A stretch of DNA of 64,000 nucleotides, from the NCBI GenBank assembly GCA_963793305.1, contig CAWBZV010000002.1, forward strand, positions 544,001 to 608,000, read 5' to 3'. Shown in pieces: positions 38,362 through 49,092 of this stretch (positions are counted from its first letter, which is position 1; the number at the start of each line of letters is the position of its first letter). Source of the DNA: an uncultured Gemmatimonadales bacterium. Its GTDB lineage: Bacteria; Gemmatimonadota; Gemmatimonadetes; Gemmatimonadales; Gemmatimonadaceae. The notes under the pieces were generated by a model. It did not search any database, was not told where the DNA came from, and saw nothing but the letters and a program-made list of their open reading frames with translations. The position numbers and the translations under genes are program-made.

Positions 38362-38395
38362 AAAGGCCCGCCTCGCTTCGCGTAGGCGGGCCTTT
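38362..38395. terminator. Bidirectional-type intrinsic terminator
   Basis: AAAGGCCCGCCT...AGGCGGGCCTTT 12-bp inverted repeat just after the stop codon. Confidence 0.8.
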
Positions 38396-38421
38396 AGCTT
38401 ATGCGCATGTCTGGTTCGCGT

Positions 38422-39406
38422 ATGACTCGATTATTGCTTGTGCTGGCGTTGATGGGTAGCGCGTCCGCGCGAAGCGCGGCGCAGACATTGACGGTTCGCC
38501 TCGACACGACGGCCCATGAGATGGTCATGGAGATGCAGCCGATCACCCTCCATAGGATGGTCGAAGCGCAGCCCTGGCACGATCACGATCCCGTTCGATG
38601 GCTGGCTGCAAGGCTACGACTGCCAGCTCGTGGACTCGCATGGCAAGCCGCTCCCACACGCGTTCATTCATCACGTCAACCTGATCGCCCCGGAAAAGCG
38701 CGAGCTCTTCAGCCCGATCATGCTGCGCATCGGCGCCCAGGGCTCGGAAACTCCGGCCGTCGAGCTGCCAAAGATTCTGGGACTCCGGGTGCACCGCGGC
38801 GACACGCTGCTCGTGACCGCGATGTTCCAAAACGCGGGCGCTCACGACATCGTCGGCGCACGGCTCCTCATCCGGATGCCGTACCGAGCAACCGGCGCGG
38901 TCAGCGCGGTCTCCATCTACCCGATGTACTTGGACGTGATGCCACCGGCCGTCGCGAAGTCGTACGACTTGCCCGCGGGCCACTCCGAGAAGAGCTGGGA
39001 AGGCCACCCGGCGGTCTCCGGCCGCATTCTCGCGCTCGGCGCGCACATGCACAAATACGGCACCGCGCTCCGGTTCGAGGATGTCACCGCCAAGAAAGTG
39101 CTGTGGGAGACGAAGCCGATCGTCGACAAGACCGGCGAGCCGGTCGACATGCCGGTCAAGACATTCTGGTGGAGCTTGGGGCTCCCGGTCCGTCCAGACC
39201 ACGTGTATCGGGTCACCGCGATCTACGACAATCCCACGGGACGCACCCTCCCGCTTGGCGGGATGGGCACACTCGGTGGGGTCTTCATGCCATCGAACGT
39301 CGACGCGTGGCCACGCGTCGACCGCACGGCCCCCGACTACGTGCTCGACCTCAAGGACACGATGTCAACGGAAGACATGGCCGGCATGGCCGGCATGGAT
39401 CACTAA
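38422..39406 (+). CDS. Secreted protein resembling copper type II monooxygenases (apparent +1 frameshift)
   Basis: Signal peptide in one frame. FIHHVNL, AHMHKYG, YDNPTG...GGMG and a Met-rich tail in the next. Removing one C at 38572-74 joins them. Confidence 0.6.
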
Positions 39407-39831
39407 GGAGTCGGGGTACACGGCGGCGAACGGTCCGCGGTCGGCATGCACGTGAAGTCGTCGACGCCCATGTTCTTATTGATCGTGTACGCCGCGATCT
39501 GATTACGCGCCTGATCGTCCGTCATTGGCAACCGCCGCGCCGCGTGCGACTCGGTCGCCCAGAAGCGCACCCCACAGATCTGCGTGTCCGCGCAGAGCAT
39601 GTGCGCGGTCTTCCGGAGCTCGTCGTCCGACTTCGCGACCTTTGGCGACACGACCACGAAACGGATATCGCCCGAGGTGCCGAGCAGCTTGACGTCCTCC
39701 GATTGCCACCAGGAGCTTGGCGCAGCCAAGATCTGTCCAACCGACCCAGTCGTGCGGCGCGACAGCGCTGCCCCGACGCGCGGCGGAGCCGCGAAGAGAA
39801 CGAAGAGGACGAGCACGAGGCGGCCGGGCAT
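39403..39831 (-). CDS. Hypothetical exported protein
   Basis: Hydrophobic N-terminus, 4 Cys, fills the gap between neighbours, TAGCTT 7 nt before the ATG. Confidence 0.6.
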   Translation of the reverse strand: MPGRLVLVLFVLFAAPPRVGAALSRRTTGSVGQILAAPSSWWQSEDVKLLGTSGDIRFVVVSPKVAKSDDELRKTAHMLCADTQICGVRFWATESHAARRLPMTDDQARNQIAAYTINKNMGVDDFTCMPTADRSPPCTPTP

Positions 39832-39900
39832 CGCGTCAAAGCTACCGACGGCCGGGACGGTGGCATGTGACCCGCGTCACGACCGCGTAGCTTTCGCGTT

Positions 39901-40608
39901 ATGCCTGTTTGGCTTGAGTGCCTGCTGGCCGTAGGCATCGTGAGCGCCATTCCATTGGCGAGCGCGGTCGTTTTGCTCGTGGATCCGACGGTGCTACGCC
40001 GATCCGTCCCCGTGCTCGTCCGACTGGCGACCGGCGCGCTCATTGGCGCCGTGCTGTTCGACCTGATCCCGGAAGCTCTTGCCGCCGGTCAGCGACCCGT
40101 GCGCGTCGCTACGTCGCTCGTCGTGGGCCTTCTGGGCTTTGGACTTATTGACCAGGTGTTCGACCGACTCACATCGAGTCGGCGGATCGTCTGGCTCAAC
40201 TTCACGGGTGACGTCCTGCACAACGCGGTTGACGGCGTGCTCATCGCCGCGTCGTTTCTCGCCAATCCTTCGGTCGGGATCATCGCCACGCTCGCCGTCT
40301 CGCTGCACGAGATCCCTCGCGAGCTCGGAAGCCTGGGCATATTCATCCACGGCGGCCTGGCGCCCGTCCGCGCCTATGGCCTCAATGCGCTGACCGGTCT
40401 CGCGGCGCTCGGGGGTGCGGCGCTGACACTGGTCATCGGCCTCCGCGCCCGCGGGATCGCGACGGAGATGATTCCGATTGCCGCGGGCACGTTCCTGTAT
40501 CTCGCTGGCACCCTGATACGGTCGACCGGCCGCCCGCGCCTCGCGGACGCTGGTTGGATCGCCGCCGGCCTCGCCCTGATAGCCGTTACTGAACAGTTTT
40601 TCGCATAA
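39901..40608 (+). CDS. ZIP family metal transporter
   Basis: DLIPEA, GDVLHNAVDG, LHEIPRELG, AAGTFLY. Confidence 0.88.
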   Translation: MPVWLECLLAVGIVSAIPLASAVVLLVDPTVLRRSVPVLVRLATGALIGAVLFDLIPEALAAGQRPVRVATSLVVGLLGFGLIDQVFDRLTSSRRIVWLNFTGDVLHNAVDGVLIAASFLANPSVGIIATLAVSLHEIPRELGSLGIFIHGGLAPVRAYGLNALTGLAALGGAALTLVIGLRARGIATEMIPIAAGTFLYLAGTLIRSTGRPRLADAGWIAAGLALIAVTEQFFA

Positions 40609-42040
40609 GCGCTTCGATCTCGCTCGCCTCGCGAGGCGCGGTCGATGTGCGCTTGAGGCCACTCGAGGTGAGCACGTAATCGTCCTCGATGCGCACGCCG
40701 ATATTGGCGTAGCGCTGGATCAGGGAGCGCACCCGCTCGGCGTACGCCCGATTGCGCGGCGTGTCGGGTATGATGGACAAGATGTCGGCCTTGACGTACA
40801 CACCGGGCTCGATGGTGAGCGCGTCACCGACCGCGAATGTCTTCTCGCCGTAGTAGAACTGCGCCGGATCGTGCACATCGAGCCCCAGTCCATGACTCGG
40901 CCCGTGCGGAGCGAAGAGCCGCCATTGCGGACATGTATCCCCGGTCTGTCCGCAGAAGCCTTTCGGCGCATCCACGACGGCGGCCGCCGAATCGATGAGA
41001 TGCAACCGCACCAGCCCGGCAATGATGACATTGCCGATGCTATCGCGTTCGGCGGCGGCGGTGACGCCGGGCTTGACCTGCCGCTCGCCCGCCGCCTGCG
41101 CGTCCCGAATGATCTGATAGATCGCCCGCTGATCAGCGGTAAACGTGCCGCTCACCGGAACCGTCCGGGTGATGTCCGCCGCGTACCCCTGCACGCTGGC
41201 GGCACAGTCCATTACGACGACCTCGCCGGACTTCATCACGCGATCGTCGCGATCGTAGTGGAGCGTGGTGCCGTTTGGACCGGAGCCGACAATCGACGCA
41301 TAAGCCGGAAACCCGTCGCCCCCGTTCCGACGGAACGTGTACTCCATGAGTCCTTGCACGTCCGCCTCGCTCTTGCCAGGCGCGATCTCGGCCAGCACCG
41401 CCTTGTGTCCGAGCGACGACACCGCCGCCGCGCGCTCCAGCAACGCCATCTCGGCGGGACTCTTTCGCGCCCGCATCTCGTCCAGGATCTGCGTCGCGTC
41501 TTTGACCACGAGCGACGGATGCGCCGCATGCAGTGTTCGCACCAGCGCGCTGCCGAAGCTCAACGAGTCATCGGCGATGAATTCATCCGACTCGGCGTCG
41601 CTGGCGACCCACAATGGCAGGCCCGCCCCGGCCAGGGAGTCGAGATCAGCCTCGAGCTGCGTATTGCGCGCCGAGGCCATGCCGGTCTCGCGCATGATCG
41701 CCTCGGGCGACATGCGTTCGCCCGTGTAGAACTCCCGCCGAGGGTTCGACGGCTGCACGTAGAGCGTGGCCGTCGTATGCCCACCACGCCGGACGACGAC
41801 GAGGGACGCGTCGGGCGCCAGAAAGCCGGTCAGGTACCGGAACGGCGCTCGCTGCTTGAACGGCGGGTAATGATCGACCGGCTCGCGAGCACCGGCGATG
41901 AAGAAGATGCCACTGTCGATCCGCGCGACGATCGCGTCGCGGCGGGCGTGGTACTCGGCCTGGGTGATCTGGGCGCCGCCGAGCATGGGCGTCGCGGCGA
42001 GCGCGCAGACGAAGAGACACGAGAGTCGGGCGTTTGGCAT
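40586..42040 (-). CDS. Xaa-Pro aminopeptidase (M24B), secreted
   Basis: FRYLTG, TLHY, DCAA..GYAADITRT, SHGLGLDVHD, TIEPGVY, GVRIEDD. Signal peptide. Confidence 0.92.
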   Translation of the reverse strand: MPNARLSCLFVCALAATPMLGGAQITQAEYHARRDAIVARIDSGIFFIAGAREPVDHYPPFKQRAPFRYLTGFLAPDASLVVVRRGGHTTATLYVQPSNPRREFYTGERMSPEAIMRETGMASARNTQLEADLDSLAGAGLPLWVASDAESDEFIADDSLSFGSALVRTLHAAHPSLVVKDATQILDEMRARKSPAEMALLERAAAVSSLGHKAVLAEIAPGKSEADVQGLMEYTFRRNGGDGFPAYASIVGSGPNGTTLHYDRDDRVMKSGEVVVMDCAASVQGYAADITRTVPVSGTFTADQRAIYQIIRDAQAAGERQVKPGVTAAAERDSIGNVIIAGLVRLHLIDSAAAVVDAPKGFCGQTGDTCPQWRLFAPHGPSHGLGLDVHDPAQFYYGEKTFAVGDALTIEPGVYVKADILSIIPDTPRNRAYAERVRSLIQRYANIGVRIEDDYVLTSSGLKRTSTAPREASEIEALMRKTVQ

Positions 42041-42077
42041 GCGCAATTTTAGCGCGGCCGGTAACTTCCGGATAGTC

Positions 42078-44457
42078 ATGCGCGCGATCTGGATTCTCGT
42101 GCTCGCCGCCGTCCCCAGTGCCATGTGTATGGCGCAGGGACCGCCCGATGCGGCAACAGTGGCGGCGGCCGATGGCTACGGCGGAGTCGTTGCTGCCCTC
42201 GAGCCGTTCATCCAGCGCGAGTTGGCCGAGAAGGATATTCCGGCGTTGTCGATCGCGCTGGTCGACGATCAGCGGATCGTGTGGGCGCGCGGGTTCGGCA
42301 TTGCGAACGCGAAGGATTCGGCGAAAGCCACGGCCGCGACCATTTATCGCGTCGGGTCCGTCTCGAAGCTGTTCACGGACATCGGCGTGATGCATCTCGT
42401 CGAGCGCGGGCAACTCGATCTCGACGCGCCGATCAGTCGCTACCTCGCCGAATTTGCTCCCCACGACCGGTTCAACGGTCCGCCACCGGTGACGCTGCGG
42501 GAGCTGATGACGCACCGCGCGGGCCTCCCATTGGAGTCGCCCGTCGGCAGCTACGTGGACTCGACGACGCCGACGCTGGCGGCGACCGTCGCCAGCCTCA
42601 ACGAGGCGGCCCTGGTCTATCGGCCTGGATCGCACACGAAATACTCGAACGCGAGCGCGACCACGGCTGGTTACGCCATCGAGCGCACCCAAGGCGTTCC
42701 GTTCGCGCAGTGGATGGACCGCGAGGTCCTGGCCCCGTTCGGCTTCCGGCACAGCGGATTCGCGCTGACGTTCGACATGGTGCCCTTGCTCGCCGCCGGC
42801 ACGATGTGGACGTACGAGGGGCGGCGATTCCCCGCGCCGACGTTTCCCATTGGCGAGTCTCCCGCGATGGGGATGTACTCGAGCGTCACCGATCTCTCGC
42901 GGTTCATCAGCGCGTTGTTCACGTGGGGTCGCGGACCGCACGGGCCGGTGATCGCGCCGGCGACGCTTGCCGAGATGTGGCGGCCGCAATACGACACGAC
43001 GGTCGAGGGGGGCGTGCGCTATGGGCTCGGCTTCGCGATCTCATCGCTTGACGGGCATCGTCGCGTTGGGCATACGGGCTCGGTCTACGGGTTCGCGACC
43101 GATATCGCGCTCCTGCCCGAGGACCGGTTGGGTGTCGTCGTCATTTGCACGCTCGATGGGACGGGTCCGGTCGCGACGCGCATCTCGGACGCGGCACTGC
43201 GACTGATGCTCGCGCACCGCGGGGGACAGCCACTCGCGACCCCGGCGGATGATGCGGCCGTCCCGCCGCAGACCGCGGCCCGTCTCGAAGGCTGGTACCA
43301 CTCTGGGACCCGCGGCATTCTATCTCGAAGCACAGGAAGGCGCGTTGTACGCACGCTCCGCGCGAGGCGGGCAACGCTTGGAGCTTCGCACCATCGCCAA
43401 CGACACGCTGATTACCGACGATCGGCTCGGGTTCGGCAATCGCGTGTACCCGCTCGGCTTCGCGCTCATCGTGGACCGCGACACGTTGTGGCGCGCCGAG
43501 ATTCCGCAACCGACGCCGGTCAGCCCCCGCTGGATGGGACTCATCGGCGAGTACGGCGGCGACTACAACTCGCTCATCATCCTCGAGCGCGGTGGTCGAT
43601 TGATGGCGCTCGTCGACTGGTTCCAGGAGTATCCGCTCACGCAAGTCGGTGATCTCGACACGTACGCGTTCCCGGAGTGGGGCCTGTACGACGGTGAGCA
43701 GGTCACGTTCATCCGGGACGCGAACGGGAAGGCCGCGACGGCGGTCGCTGGCGGCGTCAGCTACGATCGGCGGATGCTCGGGCCCGACGATGGATCTCAA
43801 TTCCACATCACGCCCGTGCGGCCGATCGAGGAATTGCGCCGTGCCGCGCTCGCCGCGCAGCCGCCGGCGGAATCCGGTTCGTTCAACCCGACCGATCTCG
43901 TGGATGTCACGTCGCTCGATTCCACGATCAGGCTCGACATCCGCTACGCCACGAGCAACAACTTCCTCGGCGTGCCCGTGTACACCGAGGCCAAAGCCTA
44001 CCTGCAGCGCCCCGCGGCCGAGGCGCTGGTGCGCGTCAACCGTGCGTTGCGCCGGCAGGGGTATGGGCTGCTGATTCACGATGCCTACCGGCCATGGCAC
44101 GTGACCAAGCTGTTCTGGGATGCGACACCGCCGGAAGGCAAGGTCTTCGTGGCCGATCCGCAGCAAGGCTCGAATCACAATCGGGGGAGCGCCGTCGACC
44201 TCACGCTGTTCGACACCACGAGCGGGAAGGAAGTGCAGATGACCGGCGGGTACGACGAGATGTCGGATCGGAGCTATGCGTACTATCCGGGCGGCACGTC
44301 GCTCGAACGGTGGCGCCGCGATTTCTTGCGCCGGCTCATGGAGCAGCAAGGCTACCACGTGTACGACGCCGAATGGTGGCATTTCGACTTCGGTGACCCG
44401 AAGAAATATCGGATCGCCAATATCGATTTCGAACATCTGGCGATCGCCCGGCGGTGA
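42078..44457 (+). CDS. Serine hydrolase (beta-lactamase family) fused to a VanX-type D-Ala-D-Ala dipeptidase (apparent +1 frameshift near 43317)
   Basis: SVSK, YSN and HTG motifs in the first frame. DIRYATSNNF, DAYRP, SNHNRGSAVD and EWWHF in the second. One extra base joins them. Confidence 0.8.
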
Positions 44458-45053
44458 TTACCGTCCGGCATCTGTCGGGCGCCGAGGATCTCGACGCCTG
44501 CGTGCGCATGCAGCGCGAGACCTGGGGCGCCGATTGGGTGGTGCCGTACCCGATGCTGCTCGTGTCGCAGAAGCTCGGCGGCATCCTGGCTGGGGCGTTC
44601 GATGGCAACGGGCCGATGCTCGGCTTCGTGTTCGGCGTGGCAGGGGTCATCGCCGGTGACATCGTGCACTGGTCCGACATGCTGGCCGTGCACGCCGACG
44701 CCCGCAATCGTGGGATCGGGCGGGCGCTCAAGCGGTTTCAACGCGATGCGGTGCTGGCAATGGGGATCAAAACCATGTACTGGACGTACGATCCCCAGAT
44801 CGCGCGCAACGCCCACCTGAATTTGAATGTGTTGGGCGCCGAGGTGACCGAATACGTGCCGGACATGTACGGGCCGGGCACGGATCGATTCATCGTTCGC
44901 TGGTGTCTCGATGGCCATGCGCCGCGCCGACACGGCCCTGAAGAGGGGCGCATTGAGATTCCGGCGACACGCACCGAGTTCGAGCGGGCATTTGCGGACG
45001 GCCTCCGCGTGAGCGGATTCGACCGCACGCACTACATCCTGACGCGAGCATGA
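44454..45053 (+). CDS. GNAT acyltransferase (D-amino-acid N-succinyltransferase-like)
   Basis: GGILAGAF, HWSDMLAV, RNRGIGRALK, WTYDP..ARNAHLN, TDRF. Coupled to the NSAR/OSBS gene. Confidence 0.8.
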   Translation: MITVRHLSGAEDLDACVRMQRETWGADWVVPYPMLLVSQKLGGILAGAFDGNGPMLGFVFGVAGVIAGDIVHWSDMLAVHADARNRGIGRALKRFQRDAVLAMGIKTMYWTYDPQIARNAHLNLNVLGAEVTEYVPDMYGPGTDRFIVRWCLDGHAPRRHGPEEGRIEIPATRTEFERAFADGLRVSGFDRTHYILTRA

Positions 45054-46171
45054 GAATACAACAGATCACTCTCCGCGAGCTGCACTTGCCGCTCCGCGAG
45101 CCGTTCCGCATCTCCTCGGGCGTGGTGAGCGAGCGCCGGATCTTCCTGCTTGAGCTGCGCGATGCCGATGGCACCGTCGAATGGTCGGAATGTGTCGCGG
45201 GCGAGCACCCGAACTACACGTCCGAGACCGTCGAGACGGCGTGGATGGCCATCACCTCATGGCTCGCCCCACGCGTGCTCGGCGTTGACTTCGCCTCTCC
45301 CGCCGACGTTGCGCCCGCGCTCGATCGCGATCTCCGCGGCCATTCGATGGCCAAAGCGGCGATCGAGATGGGTTCGTGGGGTCTCACGGCGCGCCGCTCG
45401 GGGGTATCGCTCTCTCACCTCCTCGGCGGCACTCGCGATCGAATCGTTACTGGGATCTCCCTCGGCATTCAGGCGAATCCCGATGCGCTCGTCGCCCGTG
45501 CTCGCGCCGCGAGAGCCGACGGCTATCGCAAGATCAAGCTCAAGATCATGCCCGGCAAAGATGTCGAGTATGTCGGCGCCGTTCGGGAAGCCCTCGGCCC
45601 CGACGCCCACATCATGGCCGATGCCAACTCGGCATACACGCTGGCCCAGGCGGATCATCTGGCGAAGCTCGATGCATTCGATCTGATCATGATCGAGCAG
45701 CCGTTGGGCCAGGATGATTTGGTACGTCACGCGGCACTCCAACGCCGACTCTCGACCCCAATCTGTCTCGACGAGTCGATCACGAGTCTCGATCGCGCCG
45801 AAGACATGCTGACGCTGGGCTCGGGCCGGATCATCAACATCAAACCGGGCCGGGTCGGCGGGTTCTCCGTATCGAAGGCCATTCACGACACGTGCGAGCG
45901 CGCCAACGTTCCGGTGTGGTGTGGTGGTATGCTGGAGAGCGGGGTAGGGCGCGCCTACAACGTCGCGCTCGCGTCCTTGCCGAACTTCAAGCTGCCGGGC
46001 GACCTGAGCCCGAGCGCGCGGTATTGGGAGCGAGACATCGTGACGCCCGAGTGGACGATGGACGCTGATGGCATGGTGAAAGTGCCGCGAGAGAAACCAG
46101 GTACAGGGGTCACGGTCGACGTTGACCGCGTCGACAATCTCACCGTTCGACGCGAAGTGATCCACGCGTGA
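45050..46171 (+). CDS. menC: o-succinylbenzoate synthase / N-succinyl-amino-acid racemase (enolase superfamily)
   Basis: KIKLK, DANSAY, IEQP, LDES, NIKPGRVGG, WCGGMLE, GDLSPS. Confidence 0.9.
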   Translation: MRIQQITLRELHLPLREPFRISSGVVSERRIFLLELRDADGTVEWSECVAGEHPNYTSETVETAWMAITSWLAPRVLGVDFASPADVAPALDRDLRGHSMAKAAIEMGSWGLTARRSGVSLSHLLGGTRDRIVTGISLGIQANPDALVARARAARADGYRKIKLKIMPGKDVEYVGAVREALGPDAHIMADANSAYTLAQADHLAKLDAFDLIMIEQPLGQDDLVRHAALQRRLSTPICLDESITSLDRAEDMLTLGSGRIINIKPGRVGGFSVSKAIHDTCERANVPVWCGGMLESGVGRAYNVALASLPNFKLPGDLSPSARYWERDIVTPEWTMDADGMVKVPREKPGTGVTVDVDRVDNLTVRREVIHA

Positions 46172-46875
46172 GGCGTTGGTTTCTGGTCATCGCACTGGCG
46201 AGCCTGCCGGAGCGCGTGTACGCGCAGCGCGCCAGCGATCTGGAAGTCGGTGGCGTGTTCGTGCTGAGTGCGGTCGCTCTGACTCCGCTCGACGGCCGGG
46301 TGCACGACTTCATGAAGCAGCCGGCGCTCCAATCGAACGTGCCCCTCCATCGTTCGGCGAGCACGATCAGCTTCCTGATACTGCCGGGGACGGCCGGGCT
46401 CCTGCTCGGCACCTATGTCGCGGGGCAGGTGGGTCACGATCGCGGCTTGGCCGAGATCGGATTCCACGGCGGTGAGGCGATCTTCCTGAGTGAGCTCGTG
46501 ACCGGCGCCTTGAAGATCGCACTGGGCCGCTCGCGTCCGACCATCAGTCCCGATGACCCCTACCAGTTTCATCCGGGCGGGGCCCTCGGCCACGATGATC
46601 AGGGATCATTTCCGTCGGCGCACGCCACGGCCGCGTTTGCGCTCGCGGCGGTCCTGAGCGCGGAGAGCGCGCGGTGGTGGCACCATGCGGGGTGGGTGGG
46701 GCCCGTCGCGTACGGTGCCGCCGGCACGGCGGGGTTGGCTCGCGTCTACCTCGGGAAGCACTGGCTAAGCGATGTGCTCGCGGGCGCCGGCATCGGGATC
46801 GCCGGTGGCCTACTCGTCACGCACTTCAGTGAGTCCCACCCGAACAACGCGCTCGACCGCGCGTTCCTGCCCTGA
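46168..46875 (+). CDS. PAP2 family phosphatase
   Basis: KIALGRSRP, SFPSAH, ARVYLGKHWLSDV. Confidence 0.9.
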   Translation: MRRWFLVIALASLPERVYAQRASDLEVGGVFVLSAVALTPLDGRVHDFMKQPALQSNVPLHRSASTISFLILPGTAGLLLGTYVAGQVGHDRGLAEIGFHGGEAIFLSELVTGALKIALGRSRPTISPDDPYQFHPGGALGHDDQGSFPSAHATAAFALAAVLSAESARWWHHAGWVGPVAYGAAGTAGLARVYLGKHWLSDVLAGAGIGIAGGLLVTHFSESHPNNALDRAFLP

Positions 46876-48021
46876 CAACACTTCGCGATAGCTGACATCG
46901 AGGCGATCGAGCTCGTGGTCCCACGAGAGCGCCTCGGCGGTGCGCCGTGCACCCTCGCTCAAGCGTCTCGTCCGCTCCGGATCCGTCGCCAGCGACACAA
47001 TAGCGGCCGCCATCTGTTCGACATCGCTGGGCGGATAGGCGATGCCGTTGATGCCATCTCGGAGATGATCCGCCACTCCTCCGGCTGGCGCCGCAATCAC
47101 CGGTAGCCCTGAGGCCATGGCCTCGAGGACCACCAAGCCGAGCGTCTCGGTCAGCGAGGCGAACAGGAACGCATTGCTCGACGCATAGAGCGCCGGTAGC
47201 TCGGTGTGGCGATCGAGGTACCCGAGAAAGATCACACCCTCGGGTGCCGCTGCCCGCACGGCCGCTTCTTTTGGCCCAGCTCCGGCTATCACCAATCGGG
47301 TCGAGTCGGGCGGGAGCCGTTGGATGGCGCGCGCATACGCTTCGACGATCATCTCGGCGTTCTTCTCGTTCGCCAACCGCCCGACGTAGAGAAACGTGAA
47401 CCGATCCCCGAGCTGGAGGCGTTCGCGCAGCGACGCGCTCCGGTGTTTCGGCGAGTACACATTGATGTCGACGCCGCGTCCCCAGACTTCCACGTCGCGC
47501 ACGCCGTTCTTGAGCAAGTCTTCACGCGACGGCCCGGATGGCGTGTACGTCCGCACGCTCCGGCGATGAAAGCGCGCGATGTAACTCATGACCGGCTGTC
47601 GGAGCCAACCAACCCCGTATTCGGCGGTGTAGCGACTGAAGTCCGTGTGATAGGACGACACGCGAGGGATGCCGAGCGTGGCGCCAACGAGCTGCCCCAT
47701 GCGCCCGATGACGAACTCGGTCTCGCTGTGAATGAGATGGGGCCGAAATCGACGGGCCAGGTGGAGGACGGAGAAGTACGAGGGAGCCGAGAGGCGAATG
47801 TCGCGATACCAAGGGAAGGGCAGGCTCGGAATTGAGAGCACCTGGAGTTGTCCATTCCGCGCGTGCTCGGTGAAGACGTCGGTCTCCTCGGCCGGGTAGC
47901 TCGGCGCGACGACGGCGCATTCCCAGCCGCGCGCGAGGAGGCCCGCAGCGGAGAGGGCCGTGACGACGGACACGCCGTTCACTTGCGGCGGGTATGTATC
48001 GGTGCAGAACAGTACTCGCAT
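46810..48021 (-). CDS. GT4 glycosyltransferase (MgtA/Agt-like)
   Basis: TDTYPPQVNGV, SYHTDF, WGRGVD, YVGRLANEKN, TETLGLVVLEAMASGLPV. Confidence 0.92.
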   Translation of the reverse strand: MRVLFCTDTYPPQVNGVSVVTALSAAGLLARGWECAVVAPSYPAEETDVFTEHARNGQLQVLSIPSLPFPWYRDIRLSAPSYFSVLHLARRFRPHLIHSETEFVIGRMGQLVGATLGIPRVSSYHTDFSRYTAEYGVGWLRQPVMSYIARFHRRSVRTYTPSGPSREDLLKNGVRDVEVWGRGVDINVYSPKHRSASLRERLQLGDRFTFLYVGRLANEKNAEMIVEAYARAIQRLPPDSTRLVIAGAGPKEAAVRAAAPEGVIFLGYLDRHTELPALYASSNAFLFASLTETLGLVVLEAMASGLPVIAAPAGGVADHLRDGINGIAYPPSDVEQMAAAIVSLATDPERTRRLSEGARRTAEALSWDHELDRLDVSYREVLSGQERAVERVVRVGLTEVRDE

Positions 48022-48157
48022 TGGAACCGTCATCGAAGCGTTACGCATCTGTCGCGCGCCATGGTGGTATCCATTACCCCAAATCGCGAAGTTATGTAGC
48101 GGATGAGAGTTGCGCGCTGCGCGCGCGGCAATGTATCCCACCCGTGATGGAGCCGCC

Positions 48158-49003
48158 ATGACCGGTCCCACAGACGTCCGACGAGTTGTCCTGGTCGTAC
48201 TCGACGGCCTGCGCCCGGACGCCATTGAACGCTACAGTCTGTCTCATATCCGAGGCCTGGCCGCCGCGAGCGCGTCGACAATGGCCGGAAGCTCGGTCAG
48301 TCCCAGCGTCACTGCTGCCGCGATGGCTTCGATCCTGAGCGGCGCGCCGCCCCAGTACCACGGCCTGGAGAGCGATCGCTTCCATATTCCGCGATCGCGA
48401 GGACCTGTCCACCTTCTCCCTCGTGTCCTAGCCGATGCCGGATATCCGACATCGGCTTTTGTGCATTCAGTACCCCGCTTGTACGCGGGCTTGTCCAAGC
48501 GCATCGCCCGACACCTCGGTGTGGCCGAGGCGCATTTCAAGGGTGTGGGCGCGCTCGATATTCTCGAGGCCGCGAAACCAACCCTTCGGACCCAACGTCG
48601 TGGTCTCGTGCTCATGCACTGGCCGGACGCGGATCGTGCGGGGCACGACCACGGATGGATGTCACGAGAGTATGAGCGAGCCGCACGGGCCCTCGACGCG
48701 GGAGTTGGCGCGCTCGTCACCGAGCTCGATCCCGCGCGGGATCCGGCGACGGTGCTGATGGCGTTCGCCGACCACGGCGGAGGTGGTGCGGTTCCGAATG
48801 ACCACGATAGCGACCATCCATTGGATCGGACGATTCCTGTGATGTTATCTGGAGCGAGCATCGAGCCATGCGAGCTCTCGACTCCGGTCACGTTGCTCGA
48901 CATCCCGGCCACTCTTCTCTGGGCACTCGGCGTGCCCCGGCCTGCTTCCTATACCGGACGGGTGCTTACTGAGGCCTTTACGGCAGCGGCGGCAGCGGCA
49001 TAA
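48158..49003 (+). CDS. Alkaline phosphatase superfamily protein (NPP-like)
   Basis: VLDGLRPD, PSVT nucleophile, DRAGHDHG, ADHGG, DIPAT. Confidence 0.85.
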   Translation: MTGPTDVRRVVLVVLDGLRPDAIERYSLSHIRGLAAASASTMAGSSVSPSVTAAAMASILSGAPPQYHGLESDRFHIPRSRGPVHLLPRVLADAGYPTSAFVHSVPRLYAGLSKRIARHLGVAEAHFKGVGALDILEAAKPTLRTQRRGLVLMHWPDADRAGHDHGWMSREYERAARALDAGVGALVTELDPARDPATVLMAFADHGGGGAVPNDHDSDHPLDRTIPVMLSGASIEPCELSTPVTLLDIPATLLWALGVPRPASYTGRVLTEAFTAAAAAA

Positions 49004-49092
49004 GGCATTTTGCAAGACTTATAGAGGCTACGTTACGTGTTTGTTGCTGGTGCCAGGTGTTGATGTCACGCAACACTACTAACCTATAGGCT

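Noticed and set aside
42078..44457. Vancomycin or beta-lactam resistance locus
   Set aside because: No vanH, vanA or vanRS. The motifs fit general D-peptidases.
45050..46171. Menaquinone biosynthesis cluster
   Set aside because: No other men genes are present, and the GNAT neighbour favours the racemase role.
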